In this document: in pieces, positions 1 to 11,868 of the stretch
Layout: every line of letters starts with the position of its first letter
Numbering within the stretch: the first letter of the stretch is position 1
Assembly (NCBI GenBank): GCA_964035575.1
Contig: OZ037838.1
Location: forward strand, 186,001 to 250,000
Direction: 5' to 3'
DNA: 64,000 nucleotides
Source: Rhynchopus sp. YZ270_cl-10
Taxonomy: Eukaryota
Notes under the pieces: generated by a model
Told to the model about the DNA's origin: nothing
Databases searched by the model: none
The model's input: the letters and a program-made list of their open reading frames with translations, nothing else
Translations under genes and position numbers: made by a program

Positions 1-578
1 TCCGACTCCATGGGGGCATGGGTCACAAGGCTGCCAGCAGGAAGTTCCTGCTTCAACCCGACGGTCACGTCCTTCAGAAACTTCTGCGCCTCTGCACCAC
101 GTGTGAAGCCACGTGACCCGCCGTTCTCGTAGTAGTACTCGTAGTCGATGTCCACACCGTCAAAGTTCTGTGCTGTCACAATCGACTTCAGCTGCGACAC
201 CACGTGTGCCTCCTTCCCGAAGCAGTAGTCCCAGCAGTCGTTCACGTCGCCTGCCCAGGACCCGCCCATCCCAGCTCCACCGAAGGACACAATCACCTTT
301 TTCCCTGCCGCACGCCACTTCGTCACCAGGTCTGGCTTTGCCTGGTTTGCGCACACAGGCACAGGCGAACCGATGTTGCACGCAGCATCGCAGTTGTTCT
401 TTGACGCAGCCCATGTGTACGTCACAGCGAACGAGATCATGATGTGAGTGTAGTGCTCCAGCTGTTTGTCTGTCGGGCAGTCCTGCCAGTTCCCCAAGAA
501 GGCAATCATACGAGAGTCTTCGGCGCTCACACACAGGGCATGCAGCAGCAGCACTGCCATTAGAGTAAGGACACGCAT
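1..578 (-). CDS. Secreted GH18 chitinase-family glycoside hydrolase (5' part; runs off the window start)
   Basis: Not in the ORF track. Manual minus-strand translation from ATG 578 gives MRVLTLMAVLLLHALCVSA (signal peptide)...YTHIMISFA...KKVIVSFGGAG...NFDGVDIDYE, containing the GH18 SxGG and DxDxE motifs. Confidence 0.9.
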   Translation of the reverse strand, partial: MRVLTLMAVLLLHALCVSAEDSRMIAFLGNWQDCPTDKQLEHYTHIMISFAVTYTWAASKNNCDAACNIGSPVPVCANQAKPDLVTKWRAAGKKVIVSFGGAGMGGSWAGDVNDCWDYCFGKEAHVVSQLKSIVTAQNFDGVDIDYEYYYENGGSRGFTRGAEAQKFLKDVTVGLKQELPAGSLVTHAPMES

Positions 579-1141
579 TGTTTGTGTATGGCCTGTCATG
601 GCGTGTGTGATGTGTACGTACCCTTTGCTATTCAACAACCCGTTGCCGGTAAGCGATACCACCTCGAGCACAGTCTCAGCAAGACTCTTCTTTGAGTAAC
701 AAGTTACACACGTACAAGTCTACAAGTCTACCGCAGGCTGGGATGTGCCAGGATTGAACAGGAGCCCCTTGCGATAGCGTCATGAGACGGACTGGTCACG
801 AACTGTGTGTCGGGAGAGTAAAAAACAGGGGGTGGTTCCTGCACCTTTTTTTATATATCAACATTGCCTGGAGGGCAACCTACCGATGATCGGAGGGCCC
901 TAAGACATGAACACGATAACCACGTAAGCACACTGGGGTCAGGGGAGGGGGGAATAAGGGAAAGCTTGAACAGACCAAACTCCAACAAAAAGAAACGTTA
1001 CGATGAACCCAAACCTGGCGTGCTAAGTCACCTAATAAAAAGAATGCTTGGAGAAAGCCTTCTGTACACAACCACATCAAAAACAAGAAAAAGAGAGCGA
1101 AGAAAACTCACAACATATCAACGTTGCAACACTGTGCACAT

Positions 1142-2716
1142 CTACTCCGCACAGAGGGGCGAGACTGCGAGAGGCCCGAACGGCTTTATTGGGATGCCCA
1201 TATCGTTGACGACTGCACAGGAGGGGAAGGCGCCGTGGGCGTAGCGCACTTCCCAGATTGGGTTGTTCGTGTCGTAGGACGCACCAAGGTCGATGTTGAG
1301 GAGCAGGTCTGTGCCGTCGGGCTGGATTGTGGCGGAGTGCCACGTGTCGCCTGTCCAGACGGACCCCGTCGACACCTGCGCAATGCCGTACGCAACACCC
1401 TCCAGCCCCGCCTGCGTCACATTGCAACACGTCGGCGACTGCACCAAACACTCCGTCGAAGGGACCAGACTAATCTTCTTGTTGTTGTCCAGCCGCAGAC
1501 GCACCTGAGCAATGTGGCTTGCACCACTCAATGTCGGCAGCTGCGACACGCATGCGGACTGAAGCACCGGGCCGTCCGCATTGACGGCGCTCTTCGGATA
1601 GGCAGTCTCAAGCACCTTCCAGCCAAGGCGCTGTCCAACGAGTGTCTTGTGTTTGGAGTGGATTGTGGACGAGCCCTGGTCGTAGGAGACTGCAAGCCCG
1701 ATGTCGGGGAGGGTGCGCTGGACGTCGTCCTGCGCCATGCGGATGTCGCCGTAGTTGCAGAAGTCTGCATAGCACTGCCCCGTGTTGCCGCTGTCGCATG
1801 CGTGCAGCTGCACCAGGTTGAAGGGAAAGGCCTGCTTGAAGGCACGACGCCACGAGCTGATCATGTTCATGAAGAGACAGCGGTAGTTGCCCCGCGTCAG
1901 GTGGTAGCCCTCGTTCATGTTCGCCTCGCCCTGGTACCACATCACGGACCGCACCGAGGTGCCCACCAGCGGCGAGAGGATCTGGTTGAACAGCGTGCCG
2001 CCGTAGTTGTAGGAGTACTGCGTGCTGTTCTGCTTGCTCTGGATCGGCATGGGGTTCGCCACGTTGCACGCCGCAAGCGCTTCGTCGGGACACCACGACT
2101 GAACAGGGCTGCCGCCAACTGCACTTTGGATGAGGCCCAGGGGACGGCCGGGCTTTTGCTTCGCGACCTCAATGGCGGCGAGAAGACAGATAGCACTGAA
2201 GTCCATCACCACGTCTGTTGCTACTGGGTTCCAGTCGAACTGGACAGCGTACTGCTTTTGGGGGTACGTCTTGTTGACAAGGTCAGGCACGATGCTGCTG
2301 TTGATCCGCCAGAGGAACAGCGGGAGTGCGCTGGCGTCAGCAGCAATGCCAGACGCGTTGTCGACTGCAGACACGGGGAGCACCATGTTGGACTGCCCGC
2401 TGCAGATGAACACGTCGCCGAAGCGCACGTTGCGCACTGTGCTGTTGCTGCCACAGCCAGAGAGCGTCACCGTGTACGTGCCCCCGGACGCATGCGGTAC
2501 GGACATGGTCCAGTCGCCCTCCGCATCGGCCTTGGCCTGCACAGTAGGCAGGCCTGCCGCACTCAGCGTCACCACCTCGCCAGCGCTGCAGCCAGCCCCG
2601 TACACAGACGCAGCAGTGCCGCTGTCGTCGGTGCTCTGCAGGACAAGGTTGTCCGTCCACGTCGGCATCGGAAGCAGCGCACCTGCGTGCAGCATCAGCA
2701 GCATGGTTTCAATCAT
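1142..2716 (-). CDS. Sialate O-acetylesterase (SASA/SGNH) family secreted esterase, ~524 aa
   Basis: Motifs DNLVLQ, FGDVFICSGQSNM, PLGLIQSAVGGSPV, WYQGEAN, PFNLVQL and EVRYA. Start placed at MIETMLL (2716), after a T-rich tract. Confidence 0.88.
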   Translation of the reverse strand: MIETMLLMLHAGALLPMPTWTDNLVLQSTDDSGTAASVYGAGCSAGEVVTLSAAGLPTVQAKADAEGDWTMSVPHASGGTYTVTLSGCGSNSTVRNVRFGDVFICSGQSNMVLPVSAVDNASGIAADASALPLFLWRINSSIVPDLVNKTYPQKQYAVQFDWNPVATDVVMDFSAICLLAAIEVAKQKPGRPLGLIQSAVGGSPVQSWCPDEALAACNVANPMPIQSKQNSTQYSYNYGGTLFNQILSPLVGTSVRSVMWYQGEANMNEGYHLTRGNYRCLFMNMISSWRRAFKQAFPFNLVQLHACDSGNTGQCYADFCNYGDIRMAQDDVQRTLPDIGLAVSYDQGSSTIHSKHKTLVGQRLGWKVLETAYPKSAVNADGPVLQSACVSQLPTLSGASHIAQVRLRLDNNKKISLVPSTECLVQSPTCCNVTQAGLEGVAYGIAQVSTGSVWTGDTWHSATIQPDGTDLLLNIDLGASYDTNNPIWEVRYAHGAFPSCAVVNDMGIPIKPFGPLAVSPLCAE

Positions 2717-3910
2717 TGTACAAACAAAACAAAACAAAAGGCCTCTATTAAGGGTTGTGTTTGTGGTGCAGGAAAAGTGTGAAAATGTTCCACTATCAGT
2801 TTTTGAGGCAACTTCTGTACCGTACAGTACTATGTGCTCTGATATCAGCTCCGAATGTGACGTATTGGGAGACAGAGAGACCCCTTCGATCCCAAGACGT
2901 GACGTGGATGTGACTGAACATACTAACAGCTCCAAAAAAATTGAGAGACAAATGTGAAGACCTGACCTTTTTGTTTTTTTTTTTGGCATCCCCTCCTGAT
3001 GGGGGCACTGGGTTTTGGAAAAGAGAAATTTTGAAAGCGCAACAGTCTCGCCATACACAGACTGACAAACACACAAGAACAGTTCCAAGATGAATAAGTC
3101 TCACGTGCACTCATCTCTCTTTTTTTGTCTCCTCCACCAAACACACAAGAAAGGGTTAAACGCGTATGTTTGGGAGACATAAAAACAAACTAACACAGGC
3201 TAGATAGCTGTACATACTGCGTACCCTCACCCAATCGAGAGAACGTGGTAGCCACGGGAAAGGTACGCCCACCTCCCTGAACTGGGGGCAAAATAATGGA
3301 AACAAAATATTTTTTTTTTTTTTTGAAAAAAAAGTGGTCCGAGCTTTCCGTCGGGGGCAACTGGAAGAGACGTAATGAAAAAATAAATCTTTGTTGCATA
3401 TCACCTACCAAATGGCGATGGGGTAGGAAGGGTCTGTAGTCGAGCAGCTTTTATGAAAAAAAAGGAGCCTTTCCGAGGGGGTGAACCTAACCTGCAAAAA
3501 ATTGCTCGTTGATTTGCTGGCACTCCTCTCATTTCATAATTGTAGATGGGTGGGGAAATAAATCTTGGGGGGGAAAATAGTGAAGAGTGATTTACATGTT
3601 CGCGTCACATCTCTGCTAAGAGAAAAGTTAAGAAAAGTTGATGAACCTAAGCCTCTCGTGCTTAGTCACCAGAGAGAGACCTTAAGCCTCGAAGCGTTGT
3701 TCACTTTGCTTTGAAGAAAAAGAGAATAAAAAAGACGAAAAAATTGATGAAAAAAAACTCATCTATAGTGAGAGCGAGGAGAGGAGAGGGAAAACGGGAA
3801 ACGGCCCGGAGGGAGAGGGCCGCTCAGATCGTTGTGGGCATTCATTTCTTGCATTGAGGAGACCTCTGATAGTGAGTAAAAAGGAAAAAAGGTTTTTTCA
3901 ATATTGGGTC

Positions 3911-4718
3911 CGTCCGGAAACCCTCCTGGTAAGATTCATCCTTTTGGGGTTTTTTGAGGTTTTTCTGCTCAAAACACCCAAACAACCCAATTTTTTGATA
4001 CCCACCATACACCTACCACCCCAGAGGGCATATTTTGGGCATTTATTTTTGTTTATTTCCCCTCCCCCCCTTTTTACTTATATTTTTTTACGTATTTTTT
4101 GGAAGAAAAAAACGTGGCAATGACAGCAGTGAAGTTCACTTTTTTGTCGAGAAACACGGTAAGAATGGGTGCGACGCACACTTGGTGTCGTTTCGAACCC
4201 TCTCTCTGATGATTCTTGTTGTCAGGAGATCCTTACCGTAGGGGTCATTGTCGGTGCCCTGCGCGAGCTTCCCCACACAGAGGCCTTTGTTATCTCATTC
4301 CCTCGTACTCATACGTATCAGTGCACCCTTCTTTCCATCAATCTCTTTTCGTCTGTGTACTGCTACCCGAGCAACGGTCGTGTCATTTCAGCTAGCGTGT
4401 ACTCTGACACGGAGGGAACCTGTATTTACTATGGAGTCTCCACATCCAAGGTGACCCGCAAAGCAAAAGTCCCTGGCATTGATCCAGTAGATTTGACAGA
4501 GGTCAATGAAACCTTGTCAAGGCGGCATGGCAGGATTAAGAAAGAGAGAAGAGATCCAGAAGAACGACAATAAAAGGCTGAAAATCTGATTAAAAAAGCG
4601 AAAATATAGCCTCAGACCCCCCAAAAAACCTATTTTCATATCAGAGTAATGGGGGGCATCATCAAAAAAACCCAAAAATACCCAAAAGGATGAATCTTAC
4701 CAGAGGGGTTTCCGGACG
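3911..4718. mobile_element. Degenerate MITE-like element with ~37-bp inverted arms
   Basis: cgtccggaaaccctcctggtaagattcatccttttgg (3911-3947) is nearly the reverse complement of 4682-4718. No clear TSD. Confidence 0.55.
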
Positions 4719-5809
4719 AGTCCATATAGAGTTGACTTGAAATACAAAAGCCCTCTCGTGACAGTGTGCTTGGTGCATTGTGCACTGTGGGTGGACCCTC
4801 AACCCATTCAGTTCTCCACTTTTCGTGGTTTATATCTGAAAAAGAAAGAAAAACTGTTCCCACAACCCGAATACCCCCTCTTTTGGAGCACCTTTTTTTA
4901 TAGTAAAATTGACTTTTTTTTTTTTGCATATGACATCAGTGTCTTATCCAGGAATCCAGATTTTAAGTTTGGGGGGGGTCAGTTTGTTTTTTTGCCCAAT
5001 TTTTTTTTTTCAGCACGACCAGGGAACATAGTGAACGGTATATTATTTTTTTTGCGGAGCAAAAAAAAACAAAAAAAAATGGCGCCGCAGGCGAAAAATT
5101 TTTTGGGTACGGTGTAAATGTATAGCTTTTTACACCACGCCGAGGAAACACCTCAAACCCAGCTGAAAAAACTGACCCCCCCCACCGGCCCAAATTTCCG
5201 GAGAAAATTTGGGGGGGGTCACTGACCCCCCCCAACCGGCCCAAAAAATACACTGTATGACATGCATTTGCCGTGGGTCTCGCACACACCACATTTTGAG
5301 TGTGCGCTTTTCCCACTGTGCATATTTTTGTTTTGTTCTGTTCTGTTCTGTTCTGATAATGTTGGTACTTCTTTTTCTTTTCTTCCGTTGCTTTTTTTAT
5401 TTCGTTTTTTTAGGTTCTGTACGACATCACACCCTCTTCTCCCCACACCCTCCCACCCCCTCCCATCCCTTCCCTTCCCCTCTCTGACCTTCTTTCAAAA
5501 AATCGGAGGGCACATTCCAACCCGAAAGCAATTCGATTCCCTACCCCCCCACTCCTAGGCAGACTTGAAGACACCCATTCGGGCAAGACCCAATATGCCC
5601 CATCCCTTTCCCCCTTTACCCCACACAACTACGTTCCCTATGTCAAAGAAAAAGACGAAAAAAGAGTAGTTGAAAACGTACTAAAACGCATCTCAGTCAA
5701 AAGGGGTCAACACTGCACCTTTAGGTGTGCATCGTAGCAACCCCAGCGGGTTTGCCTCCAGAGACCGCTGCTTGGTACACCTTTGCCTCCAAGCGCCTTC
5801 AACCTTTAA

Positions 5810-8800
5810 TTACCCTAGCAGAGGCCGCAGACCCTCGTTCTCGACATGTTCTGCTTGTGGCCCAGGTGTGTCTTGCGTGAGCCAGGCACTGTCAGAGCGG
5901 TCTTCCTGAGGTTTGCCTGTGTGTGTGTGGTGGTTTGCCAAGAGTCATACTCAAAAAAAAAAAAAGTTTTCGGGTAGCAAGGAGGACGTCAGGTCAGTTC
6001 TTTGACGCTGCTAATGGGGTAACTGTACACAAATACCAAAGACAGAAAACAAAGCATACCCCACAGATGCGGTTTAGGCTGTGCCTTGGACCCCCAATAG
6101 GTCCCCATGCTTTCCCCCTGCAGGCCCACCGGGTCCACTGACAACGCTTCTTCTGCAGGCGACTCTTCTGCCTTCTGCGCCACGTGCCTGTTGCTGTCTG
6201 CTGCGTCCATAGCAGAGTCCAGCCATGCGTACGCCTTCTTGCGCTTGGACTTCTTCCTCTTAGCCGCACGCTCTGCCACAGGCACGCTGGGAGCTAGCGC
6301 AGGAGAGTCTAGCTCCGTGCCCACCTCCTGCGCAGTGTCCATCGCTTCGTAGCCACCACGCCCCCAGGGGCCTCTGACTGCAGGCTTGTTGAGGGACAGC
6401 TCTTCGCCCTCCATGGCAACCTCATTGAGCACGTCGGCCTCGGCAAGGGTTTGCAGCTCAGCTTGTAGTTCGCGTTGTGCGGCAGCGTCCACTACGGCGG
6501 CACGCTCGGCAGGTGTTTGGTATGCCTTCATGGTGAAGCCCAGCGCTTCACGCTCTGCGGCCAGCGAGGACACAAAGGAGTCGAGGAACCCAAGCCGCTT
6601 GTCGACGTCTGCCTGCACCGTGGTCGCGTACGGCAGGGCCAGCTCCTCGAACAGCCCTGCCGCCACGTCAGACCCTTCGCCACGCGACTTCATCTCTAAC
6701 GCAGACGACGACATCTGCGTCAACCCCAAAGACATCTGCGCCGCACCTGCCACCACCAAATCCCTCGCCACACACTTCCTCTGCAGACACACAACATACG
6801 CAGCCAGCACATCCTTCCGCAACCCTGTGTCCTTCTGCAGCTCCCCCGCGACACTGCCATTCAACATAACAGGCTGCCCCGACAGCCGAAGGTGGGTGTA
6901 CATAATAAACAGCTTCGCCAAGGCTAGCAACGCACCAGAGACTGATACAGGGCTGTCCGTTGTTGCGACATAAAGCCTGTCGAGCAGCGCATCAAACAGA
7001 GTGTTGAGGTTGGCCGACCCATGCCAGAGGCCAAACTCTCCGAGCACCCAAACTGCAGGGCGCAGTGCGTCGGGAGGTGCGAGAGAGGGGTCGTTGAAGC
7101 CGGGGACCTGACGTGTGGTGAGACGTTGGACTGTGGAGAGGCCGCCGTTGACGACTTCGAGCATGATGTCGCACACAGAGTCGCGGAAGCTGTGTCGAGA
7201 GTGGATCTTCGCGGCGCGTGCGGCAGGTGTAGAGGCACCCTCGCTGTCGCTGTCGTCGTACGTCAGCTCCAGGTCGTGGTGGCCCAGAATCGTCTCCCCT
7301 TCGACGAGGCAGAGCTCGCTGTGCAGCCACCCAAGAAAGTTCTGATGGAACCCCGCCGCAAAGCGCGACGCCGACACCGCCCCAGCACCACGCAACGCCA
7401 GCTCCGCTGCCGCGAGCATGTCTTGGAACTGCCGCAGGATGGCCAACGTTGTGTACAAGAACAGCACCCGAGAGGACGGCCGCACCACATCCCACGCCAC
7501 AAGGTGGAGCCGTGTGATCACCGCCGTGCGCAGCGCATCACGGATCGAGAAGTTGCGTATCCCCTCAGGCGGCGACGATGCGTACTTCAACAGCATCTTC
7601 GTCACCGGCTTGACGTTGTCCGTCCGTGCAAGGCTGCACATTGTGTCAACCCCTGCAAGGAAGAGTGTCGCGTCTACCGAAGACAGCGCCCGCACCACGA
7701 GCGCCTGCTGCGCCATCCCCTCCTTCTGGTCGACCAACGAGAGGAACGCCGTCAGCCGCAGCGCAGTGTAAAACACATCACCACGCACCCGACGCGCATT
7801 GCTGAAACCTAGGTACCGCGCCTCTGAGAGGTTCCCCTGGGACTCCTTCCACTGACAGGCTTCGTCGGTTTCCGCACTTTCAGACGGGAAGAAGGGTTGA
7901 AGGAAGCCCACCACATCACTGCACGTCTTGAGAATATGCGCTGCCGACGTGCGTGCCTGCGTTGTCCCTGTAGGCGCAGCCTCCTTCGTGCCCCGCAGCA
8001 CTTTGTTGAGAAAGCCCTGCTGCGAAGGAGGGGCGCTCAAACACGCAGTGTCGACCTCGCCATCGCTCCTGGCCTCTTTTAATACCTGCAGCAGCAACGG
8101 CGACGCGGTTGCCAACGTCTTCACAACCTGCAACACCACGGCAGCAGCCTCCATGTCCGTCCGTGATGGCAGCGTCGCGCCGCTCTCGACCTCCACCTTC
8201 TTCTTGTCCTCCGAGCGTGCAAACGACACCAACCCAGAGAAGAAGCCCTTCGTGGGTCCTTCCTCCTCCCCACCACCCCCGAAGCCCTCAAAGGCAGACG
8301 ACGTGGCGGGCACACCAACGCCGTGGCTGTGCATGGTGTTGCGTCCGTTGTGTTGCGGTTCGTCCATCGCTGTGAAGGTGTGCGGCGAGGCAGGGGGGCT
8401 GCTTGCGACGATGGTGCTGACGGCGCCCTTCACACGCTCCTTCATATCGGTAAGGCGCAGGCCAAGCGCAGAGAAGGTCGTAGGGGAGCTGGCACGACGT
8501 GGCTTCTCACTGTGCGCAGGGGACGTGGTCGCGGAGGAGGTGTCGGAGGGCGGGAAGAGCTTCGCAGTACTTTGCTGGACAGGGGTGTCGAAAGCAGCAG
8601 GAATGAGACGGCCACGCGCACGACGGACAAGCCCGCCAAGCAGCGAGAACACAGTGTCTACGTGATCTGCAAGCACCGTGGGAGGCGCAAGACGTGCCAG
8701 AAGACCTACGCACCGCACCACCTCGATCTGCATGAACACAGTCGGCTTGGTAGCCTCGGAGAAGATGCCGTGGTGCTGCAACATCTCCTCAGCGATCGCA

Positions 8801-9606
8801 AGGACACGTATCAACATGGCTTCCAGCTCGAGAGGCGTCAGGACACAGATGTCGCCGTCGACGTCTGATTCGTCACCCACCATGCGTACCTTCGCACCCT
8901 CGACCAACGCACGGCACAACGCAAACGAAGCAAGAAAATTGTTGACAGAAACTGCTGCCAAAGTGGAAATAAACACTTCTGAAGGCTTCTTGAAGACAAT
9001 GCTTAAAACGTGCTTTCCTCCCGCACCACGGTAAAACCCGAGCAACGTGGTCGTCGCCTTCCTGCGCACCAAATGATGTTTGTGTTGTGACAGCGACCAC
9101 ACCGCCTGGATCAGCACCGTAAACGTTTCCTCGCATATCAGCTTTGCGGAGGCGGAGAGCGCTGCGAGGATGATGAGCGGGTCTGGGCTGCCGAGGTCCT
9201 TAAGGATTTGATTGGCAAGGAGGAGAAGGCGTTCGTCGCCTGGGGGTATGGAGACTGCACAGAAGAGGTATGCTAGGCGCTTCTCTGCGACGCACACACC
9301 GGGCGTGCCTGTCAGCGAGATGGCAGGCACGACAGCGCAGTCCACCTCCCCACCCATCATCACCACCATCAAAGCGGTCGCAATGCAGTTCACCGTATCC
9401 GCCAGGGTCAGGCCACGCTTCGTCAATGCGTTCCCCAAACCCACCTGCATCGCCTCAACCCACGTAGCCGCATCCCTGCGGGCGAGCACCCGGCACATCA
9501 CCACGTGGCACCACAAACCGTCCTCGCGAATGCTCTTCCGCAGCACAGCCTCGCACTTCTCCTCATCACGACTTCGCACCAGAAGACGCTCCTGCAGGTC
9601 TTCCAT
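5810..9606 (-). CDS. AP4E1: AP-4 complex subunit epsilon-like adaptin; probable intron 5917-6059
   Basis: Adaptin-N motifs EKRLAYL, LLLANQILKDL, HLVRRKA and WVLGEFG; epsilon-type VDKRLGFLDSFV and GPWGRGGY. A GTATGC donor (6059) and CAG acceptor (5917) give an in-frame last exon ending TAA at 5810. Confidence 0.8.
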
Positions 9607-10195
9607 CTTGCTACAAGGGGGAGGTGGGGAGGAGGGGTGACGTGGGGTGGGCAAAGAGAGATGTGCAGTCTTGCCGTTCTAGTTAGGCAGCATGTTGAGG
9701 GCGGAAAGGGAGGGAGGGGTGTGCTGTTGGTACGTGGTGTGAGTGTGTGGCGGAGGCGAGAGGGTAAGGGGGAAGGAGAGCGTGTTTGAACGAAAGTGGC
9801 GTGGGAGGAAGGGTGGGTGGTAAACACGGGGGTGAGTGGGGTATTCGTTTTTTCTTTTCTTTTTGGATAACGAAGCGGTGTGTAAGGAAATAATGCAAAC
9901 CGAAATGATTGGAATAGTGTGTGGCTTCAAAAACACATAGATGTGTAATGAAAATCAAGAAAAGTTCAAACATGTAGGCGTTGCTACTTCTCTTTTTGTG
10001 CCGTTGCTGTTCCCTGTCCACTATCGGGGTTAGATGTAGTGCAGAAACATATTTGATGGTGAGCAACACTGCCTTGTACAGGGAAGAGCTCCTGCAGTAC
10101 AGGAGGGTGGAAGAGAAGAAAATAAGTTTGGCAAAAGCACATTGAATAAAGGATTGATGAAAAGAGTGATGATGACGGCATGCTTGGTCACACAA

Positions 10196-11263
10196 TCATT
10201 CACTGTTGTGTGGGTACAGATGCTTTGTCACAATGACGCCATCTGGTTGCATAATCATAACAACACGTGAACACGGCGATATCGCAAAGTGCCCAACTGA
10301 ACTTTGCGGTATCACATGCACACAGGACATGGTCGCCACATCATACTGGTGCAGGCGTAAACCCCTGACCACAAGGTACTTCCCGCACGGGGTGAACTGC
10401 ATGCGCATGACACGCTCACCCACATCAACACTGCGAAGAGCCGCACCACTCCAATCATAGAGGTGCACGGTGTCTTCCTCCCCCACAGCAAAGACAGAGG
10501 CAGACCGTGAAAGCGCCACTCTGCACCATATCTCCGCAGGCACACATGCCACAGCAACAACTGTGTTCACATCCCACAGACGTACGTTGTTCTCCTTGTT
10601 GGAGGAGGTGATCACCCACCCACCACAGTCCGACAGTGCCGCGCTCCATCGCCTTTCGTGTGAGAGAGAGCGGAGCAACGTCAGGTCTTCGTCATACACA
10701 GAGACGCCGTCTTTGCCCTGCGAGACAACAACACTACCACAGGAGAACACTGTCTGTGAGAAGCCGTCTACTTTGCGGACCACCTCCCCACCCGGAAGTG
10801 CAACCGCGAGAAGGTGGTCCCAACACGCCAGGTAGCAGCGTGTCTTGCACTGCGAGATGGCAGGCGGACCGACCATTTTAGTGTCCACGTCAAACGAGAA
10901 GGCAGTGTCGAAGGTTTCTGTGTCGAAGCCACTAACGTTCCTGTCATAAACATAGATGCAGAGTGTTCCACAACGCGACAGTGACAAGCCTCCCACATGA
11001 GTTGCAGTGTACTCAGCAGGACACTTGATGTCGGCAAAGCGAGGGCGGGCAAGCACGATCTGCACCCCTGCATCAAACGCAGTGTCCTGCAGACGGCACG
11101 TCCCCTCCAGCACCTGCGTGCCGATGCGCATCTCGACAGACGCAGGCGAGACAGCAAGCGCCGTGCACGCAACCTCCTTTGCCGCTGCAACGTTCGCCTC
11201 GCACGGCACCTCCACTGTCGCAGTCACGCCTGACTCTTCCAGCACAAAGGTCACATCCATCAT
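10196..11263 (-). CDS. U1 UBL-WD40 propeller protein, 355 aa
   Basis: UBL-like N-terminus (VLEGTCRLQD resembles ubiquitin LEDGRTLSD); WD-like VRLWDVNT, LYDW, FTPCGKYL; ends YPHNSE. Confidence 0.85.
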   Translation of the reverse strand: MMDVTFVLEESGVTATVEVPCEANVAAAKEVACTALAVSPASVEMRIGTQVLEGTCRLQDTAFDAGVQIVLARPRFADIKCPAEYTATHVGGLSLSRCGTLCIYVYDRNVSGFDTETFDTAFSFDVDTKMVGPPAISQCKTRCYLACWDHLLAVALPGGEVVRKVDGFSQTVFSCGSVVVSQGKDGVSVYDEDLTLLRSLSHERRWSAALSDCGGWVITSSNKENNVRLWDVNTVVAVACVPAEIWCRVALSRSASVFAVGEEDTVHLYDWSGAALRSVDVGERVMRMQFTPCGKYLVVRGLRLHQYDVATMSCVHVIPQSSVGHFAISPCSRVVMIMQPDGVIVTKHLYPHNSE

Positions 11264-11868
11264 TATTTCAAGTGGACACGTGAAAAGAGGAGACGAGGGA
11301 TGGGGGTCGCTGTTTTGAGCGGGGTGTAATTTCTGAGGTGGAGAATAATATGAACGGACAGTGAGGGTCTGAATGGAGTCATGAGGGCGTCAACACAAAC
11401 ACGATGGCATTTTCCGTAATCGTAAAAATGTTCGACCATAAAAAAGGTCGAACTTGTGGAAAATCCTGAAAACGCCGAACCTTTTTACGATGACAGTAAT
11501 GCATACGAACCACTGGCAATGCATTTTGAACCTGCACATCTTTTCCACAATCATTACAGAGAAAAAGAGGAAAGAAAAGTTGTAAGACGAACCTAAGCCC
11601 CTCGTACTTCGTCACCTTGAGCACAATCGTTATCGCGCGTTTGTGTTGCTTCTCGTTGTGACGTTACGAAAGCAACGACACTTAGCAAGCGTTGTGTCAC
11701 CCACACGAGAGCGCCGCATGGGCAGCGTGTCTGGTGGGCGACCTGTGGCAGGCAAACAAGAAAAAAGCAGCAACGGAGCTGAAAGGGGAGTTTCTTGGGG
11801 GGTGGTTTGAGGGTCTGGGGCTTTTTTGCTGGGACCTAGGGTGTTCCCAGTTCTCCCCTGGTCACACA

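Noticed and set aside
1124..2782. 552-aa plus-strand ORF and similar antisense or alternative-frame ORFs over the array, hAT, cyclase and GNPTAB
   Set aside because: These are shadow ORFs of GC-rich coding genes with no independent motifs.
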